Shown: positions 39,190 through 48,634, counted from the first letter of the stretch. The stretch: 64,000 nt of DNA from Chitinophagaceae bacterium (GCA_034680125.1 JAXITL010000001.1:12918-76917), one strand, 5' to 3'. Made by a program: numbers and translations. Notes: generated by a model from the sequence alone, not told the origin.

Positions 39190-41619
39190 ATGAAAAAATC
39201 ATTGCTTCTATTGGCTTGCCTTTATGGTTTTGCCACAACTGCACAAAATAGTTATCGCTCTTATCTCAAAGACAACACGAGTTATCGTGAACATTCTTTG
39301 GATATCACCAAAATGAAAGTAGAGCTAAAATTTGTACCTGAAAAAGGTTTGGTGAAAGGAAGAGTAAGTCATAGCTACATTGTTTTGCAAAAAAATGTAG
39401 ACTCTATATTTTTCGATGCTCCAGATATCCAAATATTAAAAGCCACTATCAATAATCAACCTGTAGACTTTAAAAAGGTAAAAACAGGTGTTTGGATAAT
39501 GCCCAATCAAAGCCTGCATTGGGACGAAACGGGCAAAATCGTATTTGAATACGAAGCAAGTCCTCGTCGGGGTATCTATTTTATTGGCTGGAATGTTCCT
39601 GAAAACAATGAGCGCAATCCATTTGCCGTGCGCAAACAAATATGGACACAAGGGCAAGGCATTGATAATCGAGCCTGGATACCCATGTATGATGATATGA
39701 ATGATAAATTCATCACCGAAACGGTTATCACTTTTGACAAAGACTATGAAGTATTATCGAATGGAGTATTGCAAAGCAAAACGCTCAATAACGATAATAC
39801 CTATACCTGGCATTATGCAATGAGTAAACCGCATGCTGGCTATTTATTGATGTTGGGTATTGGAAAATATGGCATCAAAAAGACTAAAAGCGGCAATGGT
39901 GTACCCATGAATTTGTACTACTACCCAGAATTTGCCGACCGAGCCGAACCTACCTACCGCTATTCAGAAATGATGGTAGATTTTCTAGAAAAGGAAACAG
40001 GTATTGCTTATCCTTGGGAAAGCTATTCCCAAATCATGGTACAAGATTTTTTGTATGGTGCCATGGAAAATACGACTGCTACAATTTTTGGCGACTTCTT
40101 TAATGTGGACAAACGCGCCTATATCGACCGTAATTATGTTGGTGTAAACTGCCACGAACTTACCCATCAATGGTTTGGCGATTACATTACTGCCCGCGAC
40201 GGACGCGATACATGGTTGCAAGAAAGCTATGCAACCTATTACCCCAAAATGCTTACTCGTAAATTATATGGTGAGGATGAGTACAATTGGCAACGCCGAA
40301 TGGAGCATAATACAGCACTAGAGGCCAGTAAAAAAGACAGGAACCCCATTCGCAGCCAAGGAGGCACCGCACGCGTATATCAAAAAGGATCAAGCGTCAT
40401 CAGTATGTTTCAATATGTGCTTGGCGAAGAACAATGGAAACGAGCCTTGAATCATTATCTAAAAAATCATGCCTATGCTAATGTAGAAACCAATGACCTA
40501 CAACAAGCCATACAAGACAAGTTGGGATTAGATATGAGTTGGTTTATCGAAGAGTGGTTGCAGCATGGTGGTGAGCCACAATACAGCATCAAGTATGAAG
40601 AGCTGAGCAAAAGCAATGGCCAAAAACAAACCAATATTTATGTTGCGCAAACACATGTCCGTGATGAAGTAGTGGGTTTGTTTCAAATGCCCATCGATTT
40701 TGAAGTGCATTATACTGATGGCTCGATGAGCAAAAAAACAGAATGGATAAGCGAAGCCAATACCACAGTTAAGGTACCAAATCAGGCAGCCAAAAGCATT
40801 GCCTATGTGTTATTCGACCCCAACTCTATGGTGCTAAAAAGTGTCGTTTTTGAAAAGAAATTTGAAGAATTAAGTGCACAAGTTTTGGATGCCCCGCACA
40901 TGCTCGATCGCTATGATGCCTTATTAGCACTCAAAACATTTTCGCTAGAGAAAAAGAGAGACTTATTGATGAAGGTGTTCAAAAAGGAGGAATTTCATCA
41001 AATGAAAACCGAGGTAATCAACCAATTGGTTAATGATGAAACGGTGGCGAACATCTTACAAAATGAATTTAATAGCCATAAATCATCCACAAAGCTAGCT
41101 GCCATTAAGGGCTACAATGGCCAAAACAGCTCCTGGAAAAAAGTATTTGAGGCAGCTTTAGAAGACTCAAGCTATGATGTTGTATCGGCGGCATTGGAGC
41201 ATTTATGCACCCATTACCCTACCGAATCTGCTAGCTTCTTAAGCAAGACCAAAGATATTATGGGTATGAATAATAGCGTGAACATCAAATGGCATGAATT
41301 ATCGGCCAGTAATGACCACAACAAAGAAGAAAGTTTGAATAGATTGGTATTTTATGCATCAGATGCTTGGGAATTCCGTACACGCAACAATGCTTTCAGT
41401 GCCTTAAAATCTTTAGGCCATTGTGATGAACAATTAGTCAAACATTTATTCGATGCAATGTTGAGTACCAATGGACGATTAGCAGCACCTGCAGCGCAAT
41501 TGACCGAATATTTTTGTCAGCAAAGGGCGCACAAAAACAAATTTTTACATTATTACCAATCCCAAAAATGGTCTCTCCTTCACAAAGAGCTATTAAAAAA
41601 GCACATGAGTTTTTTGTAA
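39190..41619 (+). CDS. M1-family zinc metallopeptidase with a HEAT-like C-terminal region
   Basis: Signal peptide, GAMEN exopeptidase motif (YGAMENTT), HELTHQWFGD and a downstream WLQESYATY glutamate. Confidence 0.9.
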   Translation: MKKSLLLLACLYGFATTAQNSYRSYLKDNTSYREHSLDITKMKVELKFVPEKGLVKGRVSHSYIVLQKNVDSIFFDAPDIQILKATINNQPVDFKKVKTGVWIMPNQSLHWDETGKIVFEYEASPRRGIYFIGWNVPENNERNPFAVRKQIWTQGQGIDNRAWIPMYDDMNDKFITETVITFDKDYEVLSNGVLQSKTLNNDNTYTWHYAMSKPHAGYLLMLGIGKYGIKKTKSGNGVPMNLYYYPEFADRAEPTYRYSEMMVDFLEKETGIAYPWESYSQIMVQDFLYGAMENTTATIFGDFFNVDKRAYIDRNYVGVNCHELTHQWFGDYITARDGRDTWLQESYATYYPKMLTRKLYGEDEYNWQRRMEHNTALEASKKDRNPIRSQGGTARVYQKGSSVISMFQYVLGEEQWKRALNHYLKNHAYANVETNDLQQAIQDKLGLDMSWFIEEWLQHGGEPQYSIKYEELSKSNGQKQTNIYVAQTHVRDEVVGLFQMPIDFEVHYTDGSMSKKTEWISEANTTVKVPNQAAKSIAYVLFDPNSMVLKSVVFEKKFEELSAQVLDAPHMLDRYDALLALKTFSLEKKRDLLMKVFKKEEFHQMKTEVINQLVNDETVANILQNEFNSHKSSTKLAAIKGYNGQNSSWKKVFEAALEDSSYDVVSAALEHLCTHYPTESASFLSKTKDIMGMNNSVNIKWHELSASNDHNKEESLNRLVFYASDAWEFRTRNNAFSALKSLGHCDEQLVKHLFDAMLSTNGRLAAPAAQLTEYFCQQRAHKNKFLHYYQSQKWSLLHKELLKKHMSFL

Positions 41620-41622
41620 AAT

Positions 41623-41967
41623 CTACAGCTCTGTTCGGGGATTCCAAAAGAGCTCATTAAAAGCCAAGACCTTATCATTTCGTACAGCAACTCCTTCTTT
41701 TTCGAGGAGTTGCTGCATTTTTTCGGGGCTACCAAAATGAAATTTACCGGTGAGCAATCCCGCACTATTCACCACACGGTGGGCGGGAACTTCTGGGAAA
41801 ACAGAATGCGATAAGTTCATCGCATAACCCACTAGGCGGGCACCAGAGCGCAGACCCAAAGCCTCGGCAATAGCACCATAGGAAGTAACACGCCCTTTAG
41901 GCACTAGTCTTACAATTTCATAAATGAGCTCGTATAGATCTGATTTATCCTTGTCTATTGGATTCAT
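41623..41967 (-). CDS. Alkyltransferase-like (ATL) MGMT-family DNA-binding protein lacking the acceptor cysteine
   Basis: VPKGRVTSYGAIAEALG...ARLVGYAM...VPAHRVVNSAG. The canonical PCHRV is PAHRV (Ala codon GCC at 41782..41784). The likely start is MNPIDKD (41967). Confidence 0.8.
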   Translation of the reverse strand: MNPIDKDKSDLYELIYEIVRLVPKGRVTSYGAIAEALGLRSGARLVGYAMNLSHSVFPEVPAHRVVNSAGLLTGKFHFGSPEKMQQLLEKEGVAVRNDKVLAFNELFWNPRTEL

Positions 41968-42148
41968 TATTATTTTTTTCGGCCAGCAATACGCTACGCT
42001 TGGGTTCGGGTACATTTATAAAATCATAGGGGCAGTGTCGGCAGCCCGAACCGCAACAATAGCCTCTTTGAAGATGATATTGTTCGCTAAAAACCAATCG
42101 CCCATCGGGCAAGAAATAATAGTCCTCTTCACTACTGTTCTGTGGCAT
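41945..42148 (-). CDS. DUF5522-like Cys-rich mini-protein
   Basis: 67 aa, YYFLPDGRLVFSEQYHLQRGYCCGSGCRHCPY. It overlaps trmB by 17 nt and the ATL gene by 23 nt. Confidence 0.6.
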   Translation of the reverse strand: MPQNSSEEDYYFLPDGRLVFSEQYHLQRGYCCGSGCRHCPYDFINVPEPKRSVLLAEKNNNESNRQG

Positions 42149-42830
42149 CCTCGATTTCTAGTTTTGCTTTGCGTTGGGGCACCACTATAGTCGTTTCGGG
42201 CAATGTGAAAGACAAATAATAAATGGTGCGTCCATCGGCCAAATGCATTTTTTCGTAAAATGTTTGAATGGCCAAAGGCCCTACTGCCATACCTTTTCCA
42301 TAAATATCGGCTATATTCTCTACAATACTACAACCTTGCTCTTCAATAGTTTCGAGGGTAAAATCGTATAATTCTTTTGAGTCGGTTTTCAATTTGATCA
42401 CACCACCCTTTTTCATCACTTGCTGATAAATAAAGAGGAAACGGGGATGCGTCAATCGATTTTTGGGTTTACGCAAAAAGGGATCAGAGAAAATGATCCA
42501 AATATCATTGACCTCAGCTTCGCCAAAATATTCGGTCAAATGATCAATTTGCCCACGGACAAAACCTACATTAGTAAGCCCTTCTTGCAGGCTAATTTTG
42601 GCGCCATTGTAGATTCGGTTACCTTTTATATCAACGCCTATATAATTATTGTTTGGGTTTACCCGTCCAAGTCCGACACTATATTCCCCTTTTCCACAAG
42701 CCAATTCTAGGGTAATAGGATGATTATTTTTAAAAAAAACATGCCAATTATTGGGCATATTCTTAGGATATTGTAATACATTAGCAAAAGTATCAACTGC
42801 TCTAAATCGGATTAGTTTTTTGTGTCCCAT
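42132..42830 (-). CDS. trmB: tRNA (guanine-N7)-methyltransferase
   Basis: ELACGKGEYSVGL SAM motif, IGVDIKG and FSDPF motifs. Confidence 0.9.
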   Translation of the reverse strand: MGHKKLIRFRAVDTFANVLQYPKNMPNNWHVFFKNNHPITLELACGKGEYSVGLGRVNPNNNYIGVDIKGNRIYNGAKISLQEGLTNVGFVRGQIDHLTEYFGEAEVNDIWIIFSDPFLRKPKNRLTHPRFLFIYQQVMKKGGVIKLKTDSKELYDFTLETIEEQGCSIVENIADIYGKGMAVGPLAIQTFYEKMHLADGRTIYYLSFTLPETTIVVPQRKAKLEIEDATEQ

Positions 42831-42892
42831 AAGGCAGCAAAGGTAAATACTCTAATTGGAAATTATTTTATCACAACAAAAACAAGCAAATT

Positions 42893-43720
42893 ATGATCAA
42901 AAAAATTCTACTCACTTCTTTAAGTTTAGGCATTGCATACATTTCCTTAACAAGTAAAGTATCTGGACCTGCAGGTACTTTATCGGCCAATTTAACCAAA
43001 ACCAGCTGTGGTGGTAGTGGTTGTCATGCCGCAGGAAGTCCTTCAATAACAACAGGAATCGCCATTACTCCAGAAGGTAGTGGATTGCCCATATCAAATG
43101 GCAGGTATACACCTAATACAACCTATACAGTTGTACTAACTGGATTCAATACGAGTAGCTCCACATTATCAAAGTTTGGATTTCAAATAGCGGCAACAAA
43201 ATCTGATGGAACACAGGCGGGCACGCTAAGTGCAGCACCAACAAGTACTGCCATTAGAACTGTTTCTGGTATATCCATTCTTGAACATACCTTAGCCCTC
43301 AACCAGGGCACATTGCCTGGTTCATATTCAGTTACCTTTAAATGGAAAGCACCAGCAGCAGGTGCAGGTGCCATTTCTTTTAACTATGTTGTAATGGGTG
43401 TAAATGGAAATAATGCTAGCTCGGGCGATATACCTTCACCATCTAGAGCAACAGTATTTAATGAAACACCTGCTTCAATCAATGAAAATATCAATAATAT
43501 AGCGAGTACGGTATACCCTAACCCCTGCAGCAATGTGTTGAATATTGAGACAGCCTCATCTACTCAATTTATGGCTACTGTTTACGATGTCGCTGGTCGT
43601 CAAGTAATCGCTCCTAGCCAACAAAACAGTATTGATGTTTCGGGATTGACAAATGGCTTGTATATGCTGCGCCTTCAAAGCGAAGAAGGACAACAAACAG
43701 TTAATTTTATCAAACAATAA
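42893..43720 (+). CDS. Secreted T9SS cargo protein with an N-terminal CGGSGCH motif domain of unknown function
   Basis: Signal peptide, a beta-rich domain of about 170 aa, and the C-terminal T9SS CTD VYPNPCSNVLNIE...GLYMLRLQSEEGQQTVNFIKQ. Confidence 0.75.
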   Translation: MIKKILLTSLSLGIAYISLTSKVSGPAGTLSANLTKTSCGGSGCHAAGSPSITTGIAITPEGSGLPISNGRYTPNTTYTVVLTGFNTSSSTLSKFGFQIAATKSDGTQAGTLSAAPTSTAIRTVSGISILEHTLALNQGTLPGSYSVTFKWKAPAAGAGAISFNYVVMGVNGNNASSGDIPSPSRATVFNETPASINENINNIASTVYPNPCSNVLNIETASSTQFMATVYDVAGRQVIAPSQQNSIDVSGLTNGLYMLRLQSEEGQQTVNFIKQ

Positions 43721-43755
43721 TTTATTGATTTCTTAAAAATAGAAATCGAGTTAAG

Positions 43756-43783
43756 GCCCCTGCAAGTAGTAGCTTGCAGGGGC
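43756..43783. terminator. Bidirectional rho-independent terminator
   Basis: GCCCCTGCAAG pairs with CTTGCAGGGGC, followed by a T-rich tract. Confidence 0.7.
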
Positions 43784-43803
43784 TTTTCTTTTCAGAATTA
43801 ACT

Positions 43804-44667
43804 TTACAATATCAATATTAACAGGCCATTCAGCAACATTTGACCATCTATAAAAAGTATATAATTCTTGTCAGAAGGATGACGACGAACAAAATGAATG
43901 GCCCAAAAAGTAGTCATAGCTGTAAGCAAATGAATCCCTAATCGATCTTCAAAACCAAAGCGGAAATACTGAACAAAAGCAAAAAGAATGTAGAAGCCGC
44001 AAAGTATTGTAGTGAGTACATAAGTCTTCGCCAAACCAATTCTATTTGGGATGGTAAAAATCCCAGCCTCCAGATCTACAGCCTTGTCTCGAATATCAAA
44101 TGCAAGGCATAGAATAAACAAAAACACAAAGCGCAACAAAATTTCAAATGGATAATGCGCCACTATTTGTTGGTGATATACCATAGGTAAAATGGCCGTA
44201 ACACTGGTCCAAACCATACTCAACAACAAGATTTTGAGCCATCCAAAATCCTTTAATCGATGCTTATTTTTAAATGGCAAAAAGGGCAAAGAGTATGCAA
44301 AGGATAGCAGCGCCAAGACTGCGCAAATTTGCCAAATTATGCTGGGCATTTGAAAAGCAAACATAGCAGCCAGCAACAATCCTAAACCTAGAAAGATGTA
44401 GTTAAAATGCTTGTTGCCTTGCACCCAAGCATATTGATCGGATAATTGAGGGGTGGACTTCTTGATTAAATAATGAACATTATAAACCACCAATGTACAA
44501 GCAAAAACAAAGACATGAAGTGCTGAAAAAAGATCAATTCTTTTTCCTACGAATAAGCTTTCGGTTGCCCAACAAAGTACAAGAGCACAAGCTGCAGGGA
44601 ATATACTAGTGAACAATAAAAAGGGCAGTAAAGCCGAAACTGTTCTTCGAAGAAAATGATTAAACAT
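43804..44667 (-). CDS. Polytopic membrane protein, UbiA-prenyltransferase-like (tentative)
   Basis: About 8-9 TM segments. One Asp-rich DxxDxxxD motif is present (FDIRDKAVD). I could not find the first NDxxDxxxD motif. Confidence 0.4.
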   Translation of the reverse strand: MFNHFLRRTVSALLPFLLFTSIFPAACALVLCWATESLFVGKRIDLFSALHVFVFACTLVVYNVHYLIKKSTPQLSDQYAWVQGNKHFNYIFLGLGLLLAAMFAFQMPSIIWQICAVLALLSFAYSLPFLPFKNKHRLKDFGWLKILLLSMVWTSVTAILPMVYHQQIVAHYPFEILLRFVFLFILCLAFDIRDKAVDLEAGIFTIPNRIGLAKTYVLTTILCGFYILFAFVQYFRFGFEDRLGIHLLTAMTTFWAIHFVRRHPSDKNYILFIDGQMLLNGLLILIL

Positions 44668-45721
44668 ATACCTTGATAAAGTCGACTAATGTTTTGGGAA
44701 AGGCATAGTCGTTAAGTTGAGTAGCCTTTATCCATAGGCCATCTGCTGCTAAAGAAATCTTTTTGTCGCTCAGTTCTATTTCGAAGAATTTACTTTCGAT
44801 GAGTTGATGCGTTAAGCGCTGTTTGGATTGCGAAATGAAGGCAAAGTTTTTAATTTTCTGTTTATAGTTTATTAAAAATTCATTTTGCCAAAGACTATCC
44901 TGATCCACACTTTCAGGCGATTCGATTAAATAAAATTGATGCAAGTTTTGCCAAATGCCTTTTTCACTACGGCGTTCTATCCACAGTTCGTCTTTATACC
45001 TCAAAACCAAAAAATTAAAATAACGGTTTTGAACTTTTAACTTCCTTTCTTTGAAAGGCAAAATAGCCACTAGGTCATCTTTATGCGCCACACATTTTTT
45101 GAGCAAAGGACATGCATCACATTGTGCTTTTTTAGGTGTGCAAATCGTTGCCCCTAAATCCATAATAGCTTGGTTGTATGCCGCAGGATCTTGGCTATCT
45201 AAAAGTTGTTGGGCCAAATGTGCAATAAATTTCTTGCCCTCGCTGCTGTCAATAGGCAATTCAATCCCAAAAAAGCGCGACAAAACACGATAGACATTAC
45301 CATCAACAACAGCAAAGGCTAATCCAAATGCGAAAGAGGCAATGGCTGAGGCTGTATAGTTACCAATCCCCTTTAGGGATACTATTTTTTCATAATCATT
45401 GGGAAATTGCCCCTTCAATTCAGAATGAATAAAGCGCGCAGTTGCCAACATGTTTTTACAACGATTGTAATAGCCGAGGCCTTGCCAGAGGCGAAACACA
45501 TCTTCGTCCTTTGCCTCTGCCAAATCAGCAATACTGGGGTAGTTTTCTGTAAAACTGAGGTAATATTTTAGGCCTTGATCGGCACGAGTTTGTTGTAAAA
45601 TAATTTCGGAAAGCCAAATTTTATAAGGGTCTTTCTCCTCTTTCCAAGGCAAGGAACGAACATTGACTGTACGATGCCAATTCATTAATTGTTGGGTAAA
45701 AAATTTATGTACAGAGCTCAT
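44660..45721 (-). CDS. mutY: A/G-specific adenine DNA glycosylase
   Basis: HhH LKGIGNYTASAI, Fe-S loop CTPKKAQCDACPLLKKC and a C-terminal NUDIX-like domain. Confidence 0.9.
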   Translation of the reverse strand: MSSVHKFFTQQLMNWHRTVNVRSLPWKEEKDPYKIWLSEIILQQTRADQGLKYYLSFTENYPSIADLAEAKDEDVFRLWQGLGYYNRCKNMLATARFIHSELKGQFPNDYEKIVSLKGIGNYTASAIASFAFGLAFAVVDGNVYRVLSRFFGIELPIDSSEGKKFIAHLAQQLLDSQDPAAYNQAIMDLGATICTPKKAQCDACPLLKKCVAHKDDLVAILPFKERKLKVQNRYFNFLVLRYKDELWIERRSEKGIWQNLHQFYLIESPESVDQDSLWQNEFLINYKQKIKNFAFISQSKQRLTHQLIESKFFEIELSDKKISLAADGLWIKATQLNDYAFPKTLVDFIKVYV

Positions 45722-45740
45722 TAAGAATCAACATTTAAAA

Positions 45741-46796
45741 CTATAATCGAACTCGGGGATCAAGGCGAGCATACACTAGATCGGCTACTAAACTCACCAC
45801 AACAAAAATAAGGGCAGACACTAATACGGCACCCATTACCAGAGGAAAGTCAAATTTTTCGAGTGCATCTACCGTTAATTTACCCAGACCTTTCCAACCA
45901 AAAATAAATTCCACAAAGAAAGAGCCAGCAAGCAATTCGGCCATCCAGCCAGAGATAGCAGTCACAACGGGATTTAAGGCATTGGGCAATGCATGTCGCC
46001 AAATGACCTGTTGGCTGCTTAAGCCCTTTGCATAGGCAGTACGAATATAATCTTGCGATAAAACGTCCAACATGGAGCTTCGGGTCAGTTGTGTAATGAT
46101 GGCCAATGGTCGAATACCCAATGCAAATGCCGGTAAAATTAAATTAGCTAAAGCTAGATGCCTCTGCCCGCTAAGCGCATCATATTCCCAAAGACTCCCC
46201 GTCATATCAAGGCCTGTATAATCATGCAACAAATAACCAAATACATAGGCAATAATCAAACCAGCAAAAAAGCTAGGCATTGAAATACCCGCTACACTAG
46301 CTGCAATGGAGCCCGAATCGATCCATGTACCTTTGTAAAAAGCCGCTAGGATACCCAAAAACAAGCCAACAAGTGTAGCAAACATCATTGCGGAAAGAGC
46401 TAATAATGCGGTTCCAGGTAATGCCTCTGCAATCACCGAACTCACCAATCGTTTGGTGCGATAGGATCTACCGAGATAGGGTTTCTTTATGACCAGATCC
46501 TTTTCAGTAAAGGAAATAAGGGAAGTATAAGCGTACTTGGCTTTGGTAACACTATCATGTGCAACAATAGCAATTGGCGAAAGGTCGTTCAGATAAAGCA
46601 CATAGCGTATAGCCATACTTTTATCTAAGTTTAATTCTTTGCGCACATTCTCTAAGGAACTCAAATCACTGCGTTGCCCTAGCGTAAGGCGTGCAGGGTC
46701 GGCCGGTAAAATATTGAATAAAAAAAACACCAAACTCACCACGCCCCAAAGCACGACAATACTATAGCCAATTTTACGCAGTAAGAAATGAAGCAA
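45741..46796 (-). CDS. ABC transporter permease, DppB/OppB type
   Basis: N-terminus LRKIGYSIVVLWGVVSLVFFLFNILPADP and an EAA-like loop YIRTAYAKGLS. Confidence 0.85.
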   Translation of the reverse strand: MLHFLLRKIGYSIVVLWGVVSLVFFLFNILPADPARLTLGQRSDLSSLENVRKELNLDKSMAIRYVLYLNDLSPIAIVAHDSVTKAKYAYTSLISFTEKDLVIKKPYLGRSYRTKRLVSSVIAEALPGTALLALSAMMFATLVGLFLGILAAFYKGTWIDSGSIAASVAGISMPSFFAGLIIAYVFGYLLHDYTGLDMTGSLWEYDALSGQRHLALANLILPAFALGIRPLAIITQLTRSSMLDVLSQDYIRTAYAKGLSSQQVIWRHALPNALNPVVTAISGWMAELLAGSFFVEFIFGWKGLGKLTVDALEKFDFPLVMGAVLVSALIFVVVSLVADLVYARLDPRVRL

Positions 46797-46805
46797 TTTG
46801 ATTTT

Positions 46806-47936
46806 TTATTGAAGTGTGAGTGTAGAACCGTTCAATGTCATTCCTTTCGGGTAAGATTTAAAAGACCATTTGTTTTGTATGGTTCCTTCTTTCAGCAACA
46901 TCAATCCAGGATTGCTGCGCATAGCTGTTTTGCTCACCGTTCCATCAATAATGAGCCATTGTGCTCCTTGCAATTTGTATTCGGCTGCAAATTTATCGGC
47001 ATCCGATTGGGCCGAAGAGCTCAACACATAAAAAGGAATATTAAGCTGATTGGCAGTAGTCACAAGGCTTTGCAAGCGTTCGATATTTTCGCGACTAGCT
47101 TTTTTAACATCTTTGACATACAATAAAAAAGTATAACCAGGTTGTTTCAAAATGCCCTCGGTAAGGTCATTGCCCGTATAATCATTCAGCACAAAATCTT
47201 TAATGGCTGGATCGGCATTCCCTTTTTGCACCAAGGTACTTTTGCTGTCTACAAATTTCCAAGTAGTATCTTGCCAAGGATAATTGGTTTCATCAAATTC
47301 TTGCTGCTTACCATCCTTTTCATAAATCATCATTGTTTTATACACATCGGGGGTAGAGCCTGGAGGGGCTTGCATTTTCTCCCAAATATTGGCACCTTTT
47401 TTATAGGCAAGACAATCGTAGTAAGGCAAATAGTTGAGCGTGTACCATTGCGTAGCAAAAGCAAATACAACGGTAAGCGTCATCAAGGCAAAAGTGATTT
47501 TACCATTGAATAAGGGTTGTACTTTTTTGCGGTATACAAAGAGGATTATCACCAAGATGGTGAGCACCACATCTTTCCAAAAAGTTTCGGCATTGGATAT
47601 TTTAATGCAATCGCCAAAGCAGCCACACTCTTTTATTTTATCGGTGAGGTAAACGTATGCTGTGAGAAAGGTGAAAAATAAAGTAAGCAATAAAAGTAAA
47701 AACGAAAAAGCCCGAAAGGCCGCGCCCAGCAATAATCCTATACCCGCGATAATTTCGAAACCAATCATAAGTACTGATAGGGTAAGTGAATAAGGAACCA
47801 TAAAGCCCATATTCCAAACATCAAAGAACTCATTCATTTTATAGCTCAAACCTAGTGGGTCATTGGCTTTAATTAGGCCAGAAAAAATAAATAAGGCCCC
47901 GACAATAATGCGTATTAACCAAAGGATGTATTTCAT
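46806..47936 (-). CDS. DoxX/MauE-type membrane domain fused to a thioredoxin-like periplasmic domain
   Basis: N-terminal 4-5 TM segments with a CGCFGDC motif, and a soluble C-terminal domain of about 200 aa. Confidence 0.65.
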   Translation of the reverse strand: MKYILWLIRIIVGALFIFSGLIKANDPLGLSYKMNEFFDVWNMGFMVPYSLTLSVLMIGFEIIAGIGLLLGAAFRAFSFLLLLLTLFFTFLTAYVYLTDKIKECGCFGDCIKISNAETFWKDVVLTILVIILFVYRKKVQPLFNGKITFALMTLTVVFAFATQWYTLNYLPYYDCLAYKKGANIWEKMQAPPGSTPDVYKTMMIYEKDGKQQEFDETNYPWQDTTWKFVDSKSTLVQKGNADPAIKDFVLNDYTGNDLTEGILKQPGYTFLLYVKDVKKASRENIERLQSLVTTANQLNIPFYVLSSSAQSDADKFAAEYKLQGAQWLIIDGTVSKTAMRSNPGLMLLKEGTIQNKWSFKSYPKGMTLNGSTLTLQ

Positions 47937-48028
47937 TGTGTATCGTGATTTTAAGTTCCTTCAAAAATATTAAAAGTTCAATGTCAAAATGTTTTCAGAT
48001 TGTAAATGGCTTATAAAAGAACCAAAAA

Positions 48029-48580
48029 CTAATTATCCTCTCCCATCATGATGAGTGCGAAAATGGCATAATTGATAATATCGGCAAAATTGGCATCAGC
48101 GCCTTCAGATACTTTTACCGCCCCATCATTGGCAATTATTTGGCGAATACGCAACAGTTTTACCAGTATCAAATCGACAAAAGAAGCTTGCGACATGGCT
48201 CGCCAAGCTTCACCGTAATCATGATTTTTCTTCAGCATCAATTGCTTTACTTCTTCAGCTCTTTGCTCATAATATTCTTTTGCCATATCAGCACTTAAAT
48301 CAATCGGCGCATCATTGGGTAAAAAATACTGAATGAGTGCAATAATGCCATAATTGACAATAGCTACAAATTCACTCTCAATAGAATCATCCACTAATTG
48401 GGATTCTGTTTCTTGAATTTGGCGAATGCGCCAAGCTTTGATATAAATTTGATCGACAATCGAGATGGAGCGCAATACGCGCCAAGAAGTGCCATAATCA
48501 GCAGCTTTTTTGACATATAAATCTTTACAACGAGCCACTACGGCATTGTATTGATGTAAGGTTATTTGAGTTGAATCCAT
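48029..48580 (-). CDS. Tandem DUF1599 (Nmad1-like) domain protein
   Basis: Two internal repeats: AADYGTSWRVLRSISIVDQIYIKAWRIRQI and NHDYGEAWRAMSQASFVDLILVKLLRIRQI. Confidence 0.7.
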   Translation of the reverse strand: MDSTQITLHQYNAVVARCKDLYVKKAADYGTSWRVLRSISIVDQIYIKAWRIRQIQETESQLVDDSIESEFVAIVNYGIIALIQYFLPNDAPIDLSADMAKEYYEQRAEEVKQLMLKKNHDYGEAWRAMSQASFVDLILVKLLRIRQIIANDGAVKVSEGADANFADIINYAIFALIMMGEDN

Positions 48581-48634
48581 TTTGCTTTTTATTTGCGGTT
48601 ACATTTGTGCATTCTACAAAAATACTTTTGACCG

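Noticed and set aside
41438-41765. Minus-strand ORFs 41438..41647 and 41580..41765 at the M1 peptidase / ATL junction.
   Set aside because: They overlap the 3' end of the M1 peptidase or lie in an alternative frame of the ATL gene. Neither has recognisable features.
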